This document shows positions 11,201 to 20,565 of a stretch of DNA of 29,038 bases, piece by piece; position 1 is the stretch's first letter, and every line of letters begins with the position of its first letter. The DNA is from a virus. Taxonomy: Duplodnaviria > Caudoviricetes. The notes below the pieces were generated by a model, which was given only the letters and a program-made list of their open reading frames with translations, was not told the DNA's origin and did not search any database. The stretch is taken from positions 1 to 29,038 of the IMG/VR virus record IMGVR_UViG_3300044507_000128; one strand, written 5' to 3'. The position numbers were made by a program, and so were the translations under genes.

Positions 11201-11701
11201 CGCTGTAAGTGTAAAAGTCCAATAAGTTATATTATTTACCGGGGCAATCGCGTAATTAACTTGTTCTTCGTTATTTGTGCCTCTACCTAATACCAAAGTA
11301 CCAGAAGATCCGATAAGTAGATTTGAAGCGTCATTTACGTTAATTGTAGTATCACCGGCGACAGGAGAAGGAAGTCCCGCATAGAAAGTTGTAGAAACTT
11401 TTGTAAATCCAACAGGTCTAAATATAGATATAGTTCCAGTTGCGCTTACAGCTTGGAATCTAGTTAATCCGTATTCAAAAGCTTTATTATCTAAATCGTC
11501 GCCAGTTAATTCATCTATATCGACTAAACGAGATAACTGAGCTAATTGATAGTACAAAGAGAAATCTTGTTGCGCAATAGCTTGAGTTAAGATATCGAGT
11601 ACAGAACCTGCGTTTACATCATTTAATCCTAATCTTGCTATTAAATTAGTTAATAAACCGGTTTGTACTTGTCTTTCTGATTGTAATACTAAATTTGCCA
11701 T
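8285..11701 (-). CDS. Baseplate J / gp6-like wedge protein with a large internal insertion
   Basis: GSVLDIL...GDDLDNKAFEYGLTR..A..ATG, GRDLETDDQLRDRI, and C-terminal YVNALGVGDDVI...GVIDV are baseplate J signatures; 1138 aa. Confidence 0.88.
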   Translation of the reverse strand: MANLVLQSERQVQTGLLTNLIARLGLNDVNAGSVLDILTQAIAQQDFSLYYQLAQLSRLVDIDELTGDDLDNKAFEYGLTRFQAVSATGTISIFRPVGFTKVSTTFYAGLPSPVAGDTTINVNDASNLLIGSSGTLVLGRGTNNEEQVNYAIAPVNNITYWTFTLTAPLVNDHIVQETIILKQGTDESILAGTVVSVPATGVTNEIQFSTQTDVTLLSGENEVDDVEVIATQPGSSGNIPIGAISGTSAFPNPPFPGAQAKNLSKFTSGRDLETDDQLRDRIKNTIQSLSRGVKQAIKNAIVGLVDPVTAKRVVSADIVLPVTEVGPVKIYIDDGTGFEPSFLSVGFEIVKDSATGGETRLQLDQFPVVKAQVESNNSAPYDMSSGSLTLQYLVGTIPETITFNPADFRIPSVSGADDIAAAINNKANLIEARTSEGGIKIVITAKSDTNEDIQVTGGTANAIIAFPTVQKTTLNLYRDDSEITKDGATAIIDSGNLAPYDLLAIGSYPHTLTMIVDKKTANPQTATINLADVAVPAAVTVQEIADVINRDIAGLTAFGINSNTSLRLQSNINLSSKSAIHVTGGSANNAINGLNFSTVEVIGSNADYIFNRELGIISLTDPLTIDESVTAGSIFTRARLRAANAELYAPANGTTLIIVVDGGANQTITFDPSFAGGLSAQLTADFINATLKGATAIVREIGGFNYLEINTNTYDTSGSLEILSSSTGNSAFGFTEDTIVTSASPNKAYQVSGTSEPYIFAQDDSLVIVIDNDIVNNTFAIDLSYPGSLTQVTSTSQFKVSQFSNIFVQSGVLDDFFVAFTSGGNTTSGTLTTVALLGGGVARYTFSVAPAGFGTYVVGDLAKVTGFNNSENNGNFVIQALGATTIDVINVDAIATSSETATGLLSQKRQISNYTAGTGDIQVSSPFSNLPVISDNMIVMPSTVDNLVYFMNNLKISSFSLKGIAEGVDNDTKLQISSNSQGSDGYVEITGGKANDKLQFSTNIYRGIEAYSYWTGLLALVHKTIYGDDKDLVSFPGYGAAGITFQVLAPTIQRLHITLDITLAAGISIASLTNEIKSAVTGYVNALGVGDDVIIEEIRAAVIAVNGVIDVSMSEPLANIAIADNEIARVSESDILIG

Positions 11702-11713
11702 TTTATGTTACCT

Positions 11714-13810
11714 TTACGCTACTTTCACAGATATGGGAACGGGGACATCAACTGATTTTATCTTTAAGTTAAAATTTAAGAACAAGGAACTACCATCTTG
11801 TGTCAACGACAAATTATCTACTTTTTGAATTCTTGTGTCTTGTAACAAAGTATTTATAACTCCATCTTTTATATCTTCAATCGCTGGAAATTTTTTACCT
11901 GGAACTACTCCAGCGCCAATCTCAGGGTGTCTTATTAATTCGCCTGGTTCGTATGATAATTTAACTACTACAGCTTGTGCTAAATTTTGTACGCCTGCTA
12001 TCAAATCTAAATCGCCAGAGTTTGTAAGAGTTAAATCATACGTAGGAGATAACTTAAAATCGACTCCTAGAGATTTCTCTAGTTCAGTTAAATTTACCGT
12101 ATCCTTATTTTCCGCCCCTTTTGGTGCGTTACTAAATCCATTTTGTAAAGGGATAGGTATTAATATTATATCACCTGGCTTAACTAGATTAGATCTAGTA
12201 TCAGTGATATCATCGGTTACGAAAGGAGGTTTTAAATCATTAACTTCTACGATTTCGCCCCAACGATCAGAATCGCCAAGTTCTTGTTGAGCTAGTCTCT
12301 CTAAAGTCATCCCTTGAGCGAATCTAACTTGTTTTACAGCCGGACTTGAGAATAATTGAATATTACCGTCAAAACGATTTATCATGTCTTGAATCCTAGC
12401 ATCAAAACTAGATTTGAACAGATCTTGACTACTTAACCATAAGTATAGACCGTTTAGAGCTTGATTAAAACCATCTAAAACGTCTAGTTCAGCACTAGTT
12501 GCAACTTTATTAGGATCGGCTGATAGCGTAGCAGTTCTATTGAAAAGGGAGTCATAAGTTGGATCACCTAGATTGAAGAAGTCTTCTGCGTTATTTTTTA
12601 CTCTTATTATGTTATTTATAAGATCAGTGTAGAAACTTCTTGGTAATGATTGAGCATTAGTTTGTTCTTCCAGTGTAGCGTCTCTTGTAACTTCAGGAAA
12701 TATGCTAAAGTCTAATGCCATCAAACCTTCGCCGAAGGTATCGATGATCGAGTTTCCTTGATTAGTAACAGTCGCAGATAGATCGGTCGGAAGTGGAATT
12801 GCAGCAATTGTAGGATCTAAAGTTCCGCTCGTCTTATTATCTGTTTGTTGAGATTGAATACCTAAACAAATAGCCAAAGTGTTAGCTTCACTTACAGTAT
12901 TACGAATTATGCTAGATCCAACGTCTGCCGCCACTAATGGAACGTTATTCAATGCTTTCACAGCTAGTGTCGTTTGTCGCAATGGTTGTACAACCACGTG
13001 ATCATAAGTTGATTCAATCTGTCTTAAGATTCCAGCACTTCTTAAGAACACACCTCGCGCATAATTAATTTTATCTAGACCATCTTCTATGACGGTCTCA
13101 AAATTATTGTCGTTGTTATTTTGATTCGCAAATTGAAAATGACCGAGTACTTTAAATTCAATCTTGTAATCGTACATGAACGGCTTAGCAGCGTTCCTAT
13201 CCATCTCGAATTTTAATAATTCAACTATTAAAAATTCGCCATCTTTATAGTTCTTAAATAGAAGTCTTAAACCAGAAGCAGTTGCACCTTGTACTTTTTT
13301 ATATTCGTAGTAAGTTCTGAACCAGTTTCTAAGGTGTAAAAATACTTCGTAACCTGATTTATACTTTAAAGCAGCTGGTTGAAATATAGCTTCACCTGTT
13401 CTTTCATCGACTCCGCCGTCTCCCCTGAAAGGTGCAATACCAGTTGTGCCCTGAATCGACAATGATTTATAACGCATCCCAGCGTGAGTTGTTGAAGTAC
13501 CACCTTGAGTTGCTTTTATAGATATAGCTGGTTCTTCGCCTTGATTTATAGCTTGTGGAGCTATAGGTAGAGCAAAGTCACCGAAACCGCCGTTATCACT
13601 AGTTTTTGTTAAATTTATAACTGAGAAAGTATAAGGAAAACTAAGTTTTGACCAATTAGCTTGATTTATTTGACTTTGGACTTGTTTAAATTGACTATCG
13701 TTATAGTGGTAACTAGGAACTCCACCAGTATTTGCTCCGGTTATGCCCGCTACCAAGGTGCTTATTGAGTCCTGGATATTATTTATAAGATCCGTTATGC
13801 TGGAAGCCAC
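11714..13810 (-). CDS. Baseplate fusion protein: tube-initiator-like N-domain, LysM-like domain and gp25-like C-domain
   Basis: GTG start with AGGAG. IKATQGG...LSIQGTTG...YDYKIEFKVL; GMTLERLAQQELGDSDRWGEIVEVNDL..PGDIILIP; GDLDLIAGVQNLAQAV..L..EPGEL..HPEIG..LLQDTRI. Confidence 0.72.
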   Translation of the reverse strand: MASSITDLINNIQDSISTLVAGITGANTGGVPSYHYNDSQFKQVQSQINQANWSKLSFPYTFSVINLTKTSDNGGFGDFALPIAPQAINQGEEPAISIKATQGGTSTTHAGMRYKSLSIQGTTGIAPFRGDGGVDERTGEAIFQPAALKYKSGYEVFLHLRNWFRTYYEYKKVQGATASGLRLLFKNYKDGEFLIVELLKFEMDRNAAKPFMYDYKIEFKVLGHFQFANQNNNDNNFETVIEDGLDKINYARGVFLRSAGILRQIESTYDHVVVQPLRQTTLAVKALNNVPLVAADVGSSIIRNTVSEANTLAICLGIQSQQTDNKTSGTLDPTIAAIPLPTDLSATVTNQGNSIIDTFGEGLMALDFSIFPEVTRDATLEEQTNAQSLPRSFYTDLINNIIRVKNNAEDFFNLGDPTYDSLFNRTATLSADPNKVATSAELDVLDGFNQALNGLYLWLSSQDLFKSSFDARIQDMINRFDGNIQLFSSPAVKQVRFAQGMTLERLAQQELGDSDRWGEIVEVNDLKPPFVTDDITDTRSNLVKPGDIILIPIPLQNGFSNAPKGAENKDTVNLTELEKSLGVDFKLSPTYDLTLTNSGDLDLIAGVQNLAQAVVVKLSYEPGELIRHPEIGAGVVPGKKFPAIEDIKDGVINTLLQDTRIQKVDNLSLTQDGSSLFLNFNLKIKSVDVPVPISVKVA

Positions 13811-13840
13811 CTATTCTATCTCCTATATAAATCTAACTAT

Positions 13841-13850
13841 AATTATATCA
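13841..13850 (-). promoter_or_regulatory. Putative late promoter motif TGATATAATT
   Basis: Intergenic, 30 nt upstream of GTG 13810; shares TAACTGATATAATT and an upstream GCTCTTAA with the 6903 copy. Confidence 0.7.
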
Positions 13851-13851
13851 G

Positions 13852-15054
13852 TTAGGTAGCTATGCTATTAAGAGCATCTATCATGTTCTGAGACTGCGTA
13901 GCGTATCCCTGGGCAGTAGTTATGGCTTGAAGAGAGGCGTAATAAAGCCGTAACGAACCTCTAGCGGTATTAGCTCTGTCATTAGCAAAAGTATAGCGTT
14001 CGTTATAATAATTCTTAGTTTGATTAGTATAGTTATTAACTATCTGGGTAACTCTAGTATTAAGTTGAGTGGTTCTAGTAGCTCTTTCCGCCGCTAACGA
14101 AGCGATACCAGAATTGGATATATCTGTAGTTATGAGATAGTTAGTCAAGGAAGTTGTACTAGCACTAACTTGACTCAAAGTAGTAGCAATCTGAGTTACG
14201 GCGTCTGGATCTTGATTTGCGTTTAAAGCCGTAGTTTGAGTTACTTGGTTAGCAAGTCTTGCGTTTATAGCATTCTGTAAACTTAGTATAAGTTGATTCA
14301 TCAAAGGTTGATAGTTAGAATCTGAAGCAGTCTTTGATATTCTTTCCGAATTTGTGAATCCACTAAAACCTAGTAAAGTAGTAGCAGAAGGTATTGAGAC
14401 TGAAGGTGCTGTTATAAAAGTTATTCCTACTGTTGATGTATACGGAGACACCAAGGAACCAGGAGTAACAGAAGTTACTTTGCATATAGCAAAATCACTT
14501 AATGTACTTAAAACAAAAACATCATTTATAGCTATACTTATTAAAGTAACAGTATCTTTTAAATCAATACTTGTACTTGATGGAATAACTACGCTATTAG
14601 TTTTTAATGTTGAAGGATAAGTTCCGGGCGGATAACCAGAAACAAGAGTATTTTCGTATACTGCTTGATTCAGAATATTTTGAAGTTCATTATTTGTATC
14701 TATGATTAAAGGACTACCATCAAATTCTGGAACTCTTACTATATCGGTTGAAGGTAATACAGGAGTAGTTCTATCAGCTAATACTTGAGCGGTATTTACG
14801 ATATCGGTCTCGGATATTGGACTTACTATATAGTTACCATCTATCGATCTTCGTTCTGAATCATATTGTCCAATAATATCAAGATTATAATAACTGAAAA
14901 ATTTTTTAAAAGCGTTGTCCACAGATTGATAATGATCAGCCGTCGCTTGATTAGCCGGAATTTGACTAAGCATCGTAGCTTTCAAGTTAGTTTGCGTCGT
15001 TTTCTCTTTATTTACATCTTTTTTTTCTTGATCAGTAAGTATTGGAAATGACAT
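13852..15054 (-). CDS. Hypothetical virion (baseplate-region) protein
   Basis: 400 aa, tightly packed between spike and baseplate fusion; helical-looking Q/N/T-rich ends around a beta-rich middle; no recognised motif. Confidence 0.55.
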   Translation of the reverse strand: MSFPILTDQEKKDVNKEKTTQTNLKATMLSQIPANQATADHYQSVDNAFKKFFSYYNLDIIGQYDSERRSIDGNYIVSPISETDIVNTAQVLADRTTPVLPSTDIVRVPEFDGSPLIIDTNNELQNILNQAVYENTLVSGYPPGTYPSTLKTNSVVIPSSTSIDLKDTVTLISIAINDVFVLSTLSDFAICKVTSVTPGSLVSPYTSTVGITFITAPSVSIPSATTLLGFSGFTNSERISKTASDSNYQPLMNQLILSLQNAINARLANQVTQTTALNANQDPDAVTQIATTLSQVSASTTSLTNYLITTDISNSGIASLAAERATRTTQLNTRVTQIVNNYTNQTKNYYNERYTFANDRANTARGSLRLYYASLQAITTAQGYATQSQNMIDALNSIAT

Positions 15055-15056
15055 AA

Positions 15057-15965
15057 TTAATCAGCGACCTTTACTGTCTGTGACCCCGTTGTGACAAGTA
15101 ACGGAGCTAGTGGCGGACTTGTAACTGCTGGGCTTGCTACGTTTATGTACTGGTGTGAGTGCATGTTAAACTGTGAACTTAAAGCTGTAAATTTAGTCAC
15201 AAGATCTGTAACCGAAGCTCCAAGATCTACGAATGCACCACTCAATGTTATCTTACCAGTTTTACCGTCAATTATAAGCTCAGTTCCGTTGACGTTTATA
15301 TTTACTAATTGATTCTTTGCGTCTTTAGTTATAGTTAATCCAGACGTAAAAGTCTCAACAGTAACTTCATTCTCTTTAACTTGGTAAGTGTATTCAGCTG
15401 TTGCGTTAGGATTAAAATTCGCAGCATCGGAATCTAGAGTTCCACCTTTGCGTTGAAAGGTAAATTCGCCCTTGTTATTTATCTCTTCTCTTACGCCGTT
15501 GTATTGCTGTACTAATCTAGGACCATCTGATTTCTTAGTACCTGGATTACTTGAAGTAGTATTTATACCGTTACTTAGACCTATGATTATAGGGAAACCT
15601 GAATTACCTTGATTGAATTGCACATATACTAAATCGCCATCTAAATTTTCTAATCTAGAAGAACTTAGATCTTTATTATTAGTTGATCTTAAAATTCTTT
15701 CGTAGTAATTATAATTACCACCAAGAGAAGTTAGAAGTCTACAATTAGATATGACTTGACCCGTTGCGAAACCACCTAGTATAGCACAATCGTATAATAC
15801 TTCTGGATTTGTTCCGCCTTGAGATATATTTGCAGGATCATCTGTAAAAATAGTTTTTATAACTAAACATCTGTATATACAATAATCTTCTCTTAAACTA
15901 CCTACATTTTGGTAGGTCGGAGTATTGGCTGATTGGAACGATCCATCAAAACGAGGTTTAGCCAT
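15057..15965 (-). CDS. Baseplate central spike (gpV/gp5-like)
   Basis: OB-fold-like N-domain (GDLVYVQFNQGNSGFPIIIG), beta-repeat segment, C-terminal HxH motif (FNMHSHQY). Confidence 0.8.
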   Translation of the reverse strand: MAKPRFDGSFQSANTPTYQNVGSLREDYCIYRCLVIKTIFTDDPANISQGGTNPEVLYDCAILGGFATGQVISNCRLLTSLGGNYNYYERILRSTNNKDLSSSRLENLDGDLVYVQFNQGNSGFPIIIGLSNGINTTSSNPGTKKSDGPRLVQQYNGVREEINNKGEFTFQRKGGTLDSDAANFNPNATAEYTYQVKENEVTVETFTSGLTITKDAKNQLVNINVNGTELIIDGKTGKITLSGAFVDLGASVTDLVTKFTALSSQFNMHSHQYINVASPAVTSPPLAPLLVTTGSQTVKVAD

Positions 15966-15967
15966 GA

Positions 15968-17572
15968 TTATGCCTTATCCGATACTTTAGTTGGAGTGTA
16001 CTCACCAGAAGCTTCAAAGTCAGAAGCTCTAGTTAAAAATCCAGATTTAGCTAATAAGTCTTGTTCTTCAAATCCGCGAGTAAGTACCACTTCTTGACTC
16101 CAAGCCATGCTACCTTTATCTTCTATCATAAATGTATCGGTATAACCTTCTATGTAATAACGTTTTCCGTTCACGTAAGGAGTACTATCGTCAAACTTAA
16201 GACACATTCCTATCTTAACGTCATTACTACCTACTTTTTGAACAGACCCACTTTCTGCGAATACCGCGTTGTTCCAATAATCATACATAACTTCGTTAAA
16301 TTCAACTAGTCGATGAAGATCCGCTAAACCGTTATCTCTAACTGTATTTTGAATTATAGAAGCTACAGTTACGTGCATGGGTCTAAATCCATGGCGTTTA
16401 ATGGAATCTTGAATATGCAAAGGAAATCTACTACCTTGAAGAGGAGTTATATTATTATTGTTATTTTGTAAACTTGTACTAGTTGTCAATAAAAAACTGT
16501 TGTATCTATTATGACTATCTTCGCCGACGTCTACATCAAATACGTCAATTGCGGGAACCGTTATGAACGGCAAATCTTTATAATAAGTTATCTTACTACC
16601 TACTCTCGTGTACTTACTCTTGTCTATCGCGAAAGGTATAGGTCTGAAGTTTAATTTTGGAAGACCAGAACTATCTAATTCAGTGAACAATTCGTGGAGT
16701 TCTGGAACTGATATAACTTTTAATTTTTCCCAGGCGTTTCCAGATAAGAAATCAGTTGGTTTTTCTACTGCTATTCCTGCTAAAGTTTCGTTGAAATGAG
16801 TTACCGGTAGAGATCCCCAGTAAGGAGTAGATTTAACTTGGTTACTATTAAAACCTATATCAGTAATCATATTTCTAGGTAATAACCATTGAAGTGCTAT
16901 TTCTAGTAAAGACTTATTGTTATTAACTTTCGCACCGTGTATATGCAGTGGATAGAAGAATAGATCATGTATAAGTTTTAATGCTTTATCTATAGTTACA
17001 GCGCTTGTCACATTTAATTGTGATGTTTCTACGTTTTGTAGTAACATTTGTTCAAAATGAAATATGTTCTGCCAAAGTGACGTATCTTCGTATATGATTC
17101 CAAAATCACGACCAGATACTTCAAATACGATGTCTAACGCACCGGTATCAAGCGTAGTAGATTTATAAGATGCTCTTTCTATATAACCAATACATCTAAT
17201 CTTTTTACCCTGACTTGCATTCTTAATAGGAAAAGGAGTTCCAACATTCGGGTTAGGATTAAGATCACCGTCCTGAGTCATGTATATTACGCACCACGAA
17301 CCTTTCTTTATGAAGTCTTTCCAGTCCTTTGAACCTAACTCTAAACTATTGCTAAGACTAAAACTAAAACTACCACTTGGTGACGACATACTCTTACTAA
17401 AATGTACATTTAGAAGTTGTGAAGATACTTCTATAGGAGTTGCTTTAGATAAAGTAGAATCTGGCGTCTTAAACGAGAGAGGATCATGATTCCATTGATA
17501 CACAACTATCTTACATTGGGGAATGATGTTCTTAGTTGTATTAGTAAATTTGAATTTCTTGTTGAACGCCAT
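15968..17572 (-). CDS. Baseplate hub protein (gp27/gpD-like)
   Basis: Between tape measure and spike. SKSMSSPSGSFSFSL, VSGRDFG, SIKRHGFRP, VKIGM...YYIEGY...LTRG. Confidence 0.75.
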   Translation of the reverse strand: MAFNKKFKFTNTTKNIIPQCKIVVYQWNHDPLSFKTPDSTLSKATPIEVSSQLLNVHFSKSMSSPSGSFSFSLSNSLELGSKDWKDFIKKGSWCVIYMTQDGDLNPNPNVGTPFPIKNASQGKKIRCIGYIERASYKSTTLDTGALDIVFEVSGRDFGIIYEDTSLWQNIFHFEQMLLQNVETSQLNVTSAVTIDKALKLIHDLFFYPLHIHGAKVNNNKSLLEIALQWLLPRNMITDIGFNSNQVKSTPYWGSLPVTHFNETLAGIAVEKPTDFLSGNAWEKLKVISVPELHELFTELDSSGLPKLNFRPIPFAIDKSKYTRVGSKITYYKDLPFITVPAIDVFDVDVGEDSHNRYNSFLLTTSTSLQNNNNNITPLQGSRFPLHIQDSIKRHGFRPMHVTVASIIQNTVRDNGLADLHRLVEFNEVMYDYWNNAVFAESGSVQKVGSNDVKIGMCLKFDDSTPYVNGKRYYIEGYTDTFMIEDKGSMAWSQEVVLTRGFEEQDLLAKSGFLTRASDFEASGEYTPTKVSDKA

Positions 17573-17580
17573 TTATTACC

Positions 17581-19377
17581 TTATTTATGGGTTTTGTTAT
17601 TAACTTTACCATCTGGCATTCTGTTTTGAATATTAACCGTTACTTTAGGTCCACCCGAACTATTATTCATTGAATTCTTACCAGAGAATAAATTGCTTAT
17701 AAATCCTTTAGCTGAAGAGTATGCGTCATATGTGGATGCGCCTAAACCGCCGCCAAATAGATAATTAGCTCCGTTTGTTATGCCCATGCCCGCTTTGTTC
17801 ATTCCAGCTTTATCTAATGCTTGCATATTTGTGTTGGTGGCTTGAACACCTGCTATGTCTGCGTTAGTTAATACGTTCTTAGTTTTAATAGTTGTCTTAC
17901 CTAAAGCTTCCATCTGATTCTCTAACATCTTGTTTAACACGTCTGTTTGACCCGCTAGACTATCATTAATCTTGTCTAGACGTTGAAGTTGAGGATCTTT
18001 TTGCATATCTTGAAGTTTTTTATTAAAGTCTTTCTCAGTCATCGTACCTTTTTTAACTTTTTCTAACATTAGAGCAGCTTCAAAAGCTTGTTGAGGATCT
18101 TTTATACCAAATGCGGATCCAGTTAATCTACCAACGCTTTCTGCAGTGTTTGTATTCGTAATACCACTTAAATTTTGGTTCATACCTACACCTGCTGATC
18201 TTTTTATTTGATTCAGAAATGCGGAACTTCTTCCGGAGAAATTATCAGTTATACCTTGTTTTCCGTAGTTTTCGACTAATTGTGGATTGTATCCTTTATT
18301 TAACAAATCTTTAGAATTTAAACCAAATAAACCGCCGCTTCTTAAAGCAAAATCAGTACCGCCAAGCGTACCGCCGCCTATTCCAGCTCTTGCAAAAGCA
18401 GTTTGCATGAAGGCATTTTGTTCACCTGAAGAGTTTTTTATACCTTCATTTAAACCTTGAAATAGTTTTGAAACTTGTTCTGGAGTTCTTGAACCCTCGG
18501 CTACTATTCTAGCCATCATATCAGTTATCTGTGAAGTATCAGTCATGCCATTTTCATTGATCGAATTTAAAAGATTTGTCATAGTATCGAGATAAGGTCC
18601 TAACGCATCTTCGATACCAGAAGCTAATATAGTAGCTTGCAGTTTCATCTGAGCGTCATTTGCGCCTTTACCACCAAAATTGGCTCTAAGTGCACCTGAC
18701 ACGTTAGTCATAGTTCCACCTTGAAGACCAAATGATCTCTCAAACATAGCTTTCTGAATTTCATTCTCTACGTTACTTCCGTGTCTACCTAATACAGCAG
18801 TAGCTTTCACGACTCTATCTATAACTTCTTGTTCTGATAAACCGGCTCCAGCTTGTTGACCAGCAGTTCCAAAATTCTCGGTGTTAACTCCTAATCCTTT
18901 CAATCTAACACGATTTCCCACACCGGAGTTATATTGACCTGCGGCTTGTACTGATCTAGTAAGACCATAACCTATAGTAGCGGCCGCAAGACCTGCTAAT
19001 CCGCCCTTTAACATACCGCCAAAACCACCCGCGTTACCAGTAGTAGCTTTATTTAGATCACCATATTCTTTAGATAATTTAGTTTGTGTTTTATAAGCGT
19101 CTAGAATTTTTTTACGTTGTTCTAGTTCTTCTGCAGTTCCGCGAGTTAACTTCTTCTGTTCGTCAACCATCTTCTTAATCTCATTACGATTAGCAATGAG
19201 ACGATCTTTCATGAGACCAAGTTCTTTCTTGAATTCTGTTTTAAAAAATTTTTTGTCATCGGCACTAATTAAAGATAATTTACTTGAAGATAAAGATTTT
19301 AGACTACGGCTTAGATCTAGTATAGACTTCTTGAACTCGCTCGTGTCAGCCGAAACGCGGATTGAATTATTTGCCAT
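17581..19377 (-). CDS. Tail tape measure protein
   Basis: N-terminal IRVSADTSEFKK plus coiled coil, G/A-rich helical body, C-terminal VTVNIQN; lies after the chaperone pair. Confidence 0.78.
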   Translation of the reverse strand: MANNSIRVSADTSEFKKSILDLSRSLKSLSSSKLSLISADDKKFFKTEFKKELGLMKDRLIANRNEIKKMVDEQKKLTRGTAEELEQRKKILDAYKTQTKLSKEYGDLNKATTGNAGGFGGMLKGGLAGLAAATIGYGLTRSVQAAGQYNSGVGNRVRLKGLGVNTENFGTAGQQAGAGLSEQEVIDRVVKATAVLGRHGSNVENEIQKAMFERSFGLQGGTMTNVSGALRANFGGKGANDAQMKLQATILASGIEDALGPYLDTMTNLLNSINENGMTDTSQITDMMARIVAEGSRTPEQVSKLFQGLNEGIKNSSGEQNAFMQTAFARAGIGGGTLGGTDFALRSGGLFGLNSKDLLNKGYNPQLVENYGKQGITDNFSGRSSAFLNQIKRSAGVGMNQNLSGITNTNTAESVGRLTGSAFGIKDPQQAFEAALMLEKVKKGTMTEKDFNKKLQDMQKDPQLQRLDKINDSLAGQTDVLNKMLENQMEALGKTTIKTKNVLTNADIAGVQATNTNMQALDKAGMNKAGMGITNGANYLFGGGLGASTYDAYSSAKGFISNLFSGKNSMNNSSGGPKVTVNIQNRMPDGKVNNKTHK

Positions 19378-19382
19378 TTATG

Positions 19383-19784
19383 TTACTCACCCAGAGTATC
19401 AACCGGTGAGTATTCAACTCGTTCCGGTAACTCTTCTTTTTTTGTTCCCATCTCTTTCTGATTCTTGTCTACCATCTTGTCTAACCAAGCGTACGTATCA
19501 TCAGTCATATTCAATGCCGTCTCAAATTCTTTCTTAAATTTTTCATCTTTAGAATATAGATGACTATAATATTCGATCAATATCTCTTCTGTCGTATAAG
19601 TATCCCAAATTGGGTCTTTCCATAGAGTACCAGTCGCAACACACAAGAAGTTCTTAGCGAATCTAACGAAGTCGTCTAATTGCATATCTCTATCTGGTGG
19701 TGTCTGACTTCTGCAATAACCTTTATATTTCAACGTATAGAATTGGTCTTGTTTAGGTTTTTGAACTTTCGGTTTCTTTTCCAT
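19383..19784 (-). CDS. Tail assembly chaperone (second of the pair), putative
   Basis: Directly precedes the tape measure; own AGGA ribosome-binding site; DPIWDTYTTEEILIEYY segment. Confidence 0.55.
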   Translation of the reverse strand: MEKKPKVQKPKQDQFYTLKYKGYCRSQTPPDRDMQLDDFVRFAKNFLCVATGTLWKDPIWDTYTTEEILIEYYSHLYSKDEKFKKEFETALNMTDDTYAWLDKMVDKNQKEMGTKKEELPERVEYSPVDTLGE

Positions 19785-20175
19785 CAGTTCCTTCTATTGC
19801 GTTATCACCCCAAACACTCTTTAACCAGTTATTCTCGTGATCGAGTACTTTGTTATAAACGTCTTCTATGATATTGCTATCAAATAGTCCATAACCAAGA
19901 TCACTCTCTTTCCAAAATTTAGGTGATTCGGTGATCGTGTATCTCAAGTAAGAGATCATGTGATGAATCTTAAGTGTCCCGATATCTAATTGATCTGGTT
20001 GATCGCCGTTTAAGTATGCTTTGTGCTTATTTATGAGACACTGTTCTTTGATTCCCGGAATACGGCAAGTGAACTCGCCTACGTGTCTTTTCTTTGAGAA
20101 ATTTCCAGTTACGTCAACGATAAAAGTCTTCTCCATTGCGGGAAGATCGCTGTATAAATCATTGATCTTATTCAT
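19753..20175 (-). CDS. Tail assembly chaperone, putative
   Basis: Start moved from the track's TTG 20187 to ATG 20175 (GGAGA upstream). GEFTCRIP...I...L....PKFW pattern; position before the tape measure. Confidence 0.62.
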   Translation of the reverse strand: MNKINDLYSDLPAMEKTFIVDVTGNFSKKRHVGEFTCRIPGIKEQCLINKHKAYLNGDQPDQLDIGTLKIHHMISYLRYTITESPKFWKESDLGYGLFDSNIIEDVYNKVLDHENNWLKSVWGDNAIEGTDGKETESSKT

Positions 20176-20212
20176 CTTTATCTCCAATCTTAATATATAG
20201 TACTCTACCGAT

Positions 20213-20222
20213 AATTATATCA
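20213..20222 (-). promoter_or_regulatory. Putative late promoter motif TGATATAATT at the head of the tail operon
   Basis: Third exact copy, 37 nt upstream of ATG 20175. Confidence 0.7.
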
Positions 20223-20270
20223 TATTTAGGTATGGCTAGAAAAGTGTATCAACATAAGGCAATAAAATAA

Positions 20271-20299
20271 CTAAAGTTTTTATTGGAAGATACCGATAT
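20271..20299 (+). promoter_or_regulatory. Sigma-28 (FliA/SigD)-type promoter P1
   Basis: CTAAAGTTT...ACCGATAT, i.e. TAAA-N16-ACCGATAT against consensus TAAA(GTTT)-N15-GCCGATAA/T; spacer one nt long. Confidence 0.7.
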
Positions 20300-20305
20300 A
20301 TAGTT

Positions 20306-20329
20306 ATACAAAGTAATAAAGCTTTGTAT
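20306..20329 (+). promoter_or_regulatory. 5' leader hairpin with AAUAAA loop
   Basis: ATACAAAGT-AATAAA-GCTTTGTAT (8 Watson-Crick pairs plus a U-G), starting at the predicted +1 of P1. Confidence 0.65.
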
Positions 20330-20346
20330 CAAAACGAGGTGACAAT

Positions 20347-20547
20347 ATGTCGAAACTACAATTTAAGGTTGGTGATCTAGTACAACTTGATGCTGGATCT
20401 TTCTTGTTGACTACAAACGAGACACTTAAGTTCAACAAAACTTATAAAGTGGCTCAAGTCAAGAATCATGCCAAGTTTTGCTCTTATGTTAAGTTGGAAA
20501 ATTCCAAGTCAATATATCCAGCAACTTGTTTTAAGAAAGTTGCCTAA
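20347..20547 (+). CDS. Small hypothetical protein (KOW/SH3-like FKVGDLVQL start)
   Basis: 66 aa, GAGGT ribosome-binding site. Confidence 0.7.
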   Translation: MSKLQFKVGDLVQLDAGSFLLTTNETLKFNKTYKVAQVKNHAKFCSYVKLENSKSIYPATCFKKVA

Positions 20548-20565
20548 TAATCATACAGTCTCAAA

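Noticed and set aside
19753-19800. Programmed -1 frameshift between the tail chaperones (lambda G/GT type)
   Set aside because: The second ORF is in the +1 frame with its own AGGA site and ATG, and I see no X-XXY-YYZ heptamer in the right frame in the overlap.
1154-19871. Plus-strand ORFs of 61-151 aa overlapping the tail operon (1154, 4806, 5063, 10227, 10292, 10572, 11835, 14354, 14866, 15091, 16061, 16608, 17280, 19196, 19680)
   Set aside because: Antisense shadows of long, well-supported minus-strand genes; no recognisable motifs.
1-20175. Bacterial extracellular contractile injection system or tailocin instead of a phage
   Set aside because: Interleaved small early-type genes, exonuclease, homing endonuclease and the absence of bacterial housekeeping genes fit a phage genome better.
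20207-20214. Third sigma-28 -10 box (ACCGATAA, plus strand)
   Set aside because: No TAAA at the proper spacing; it overlaps the minus-strand TGATATAATT motif.
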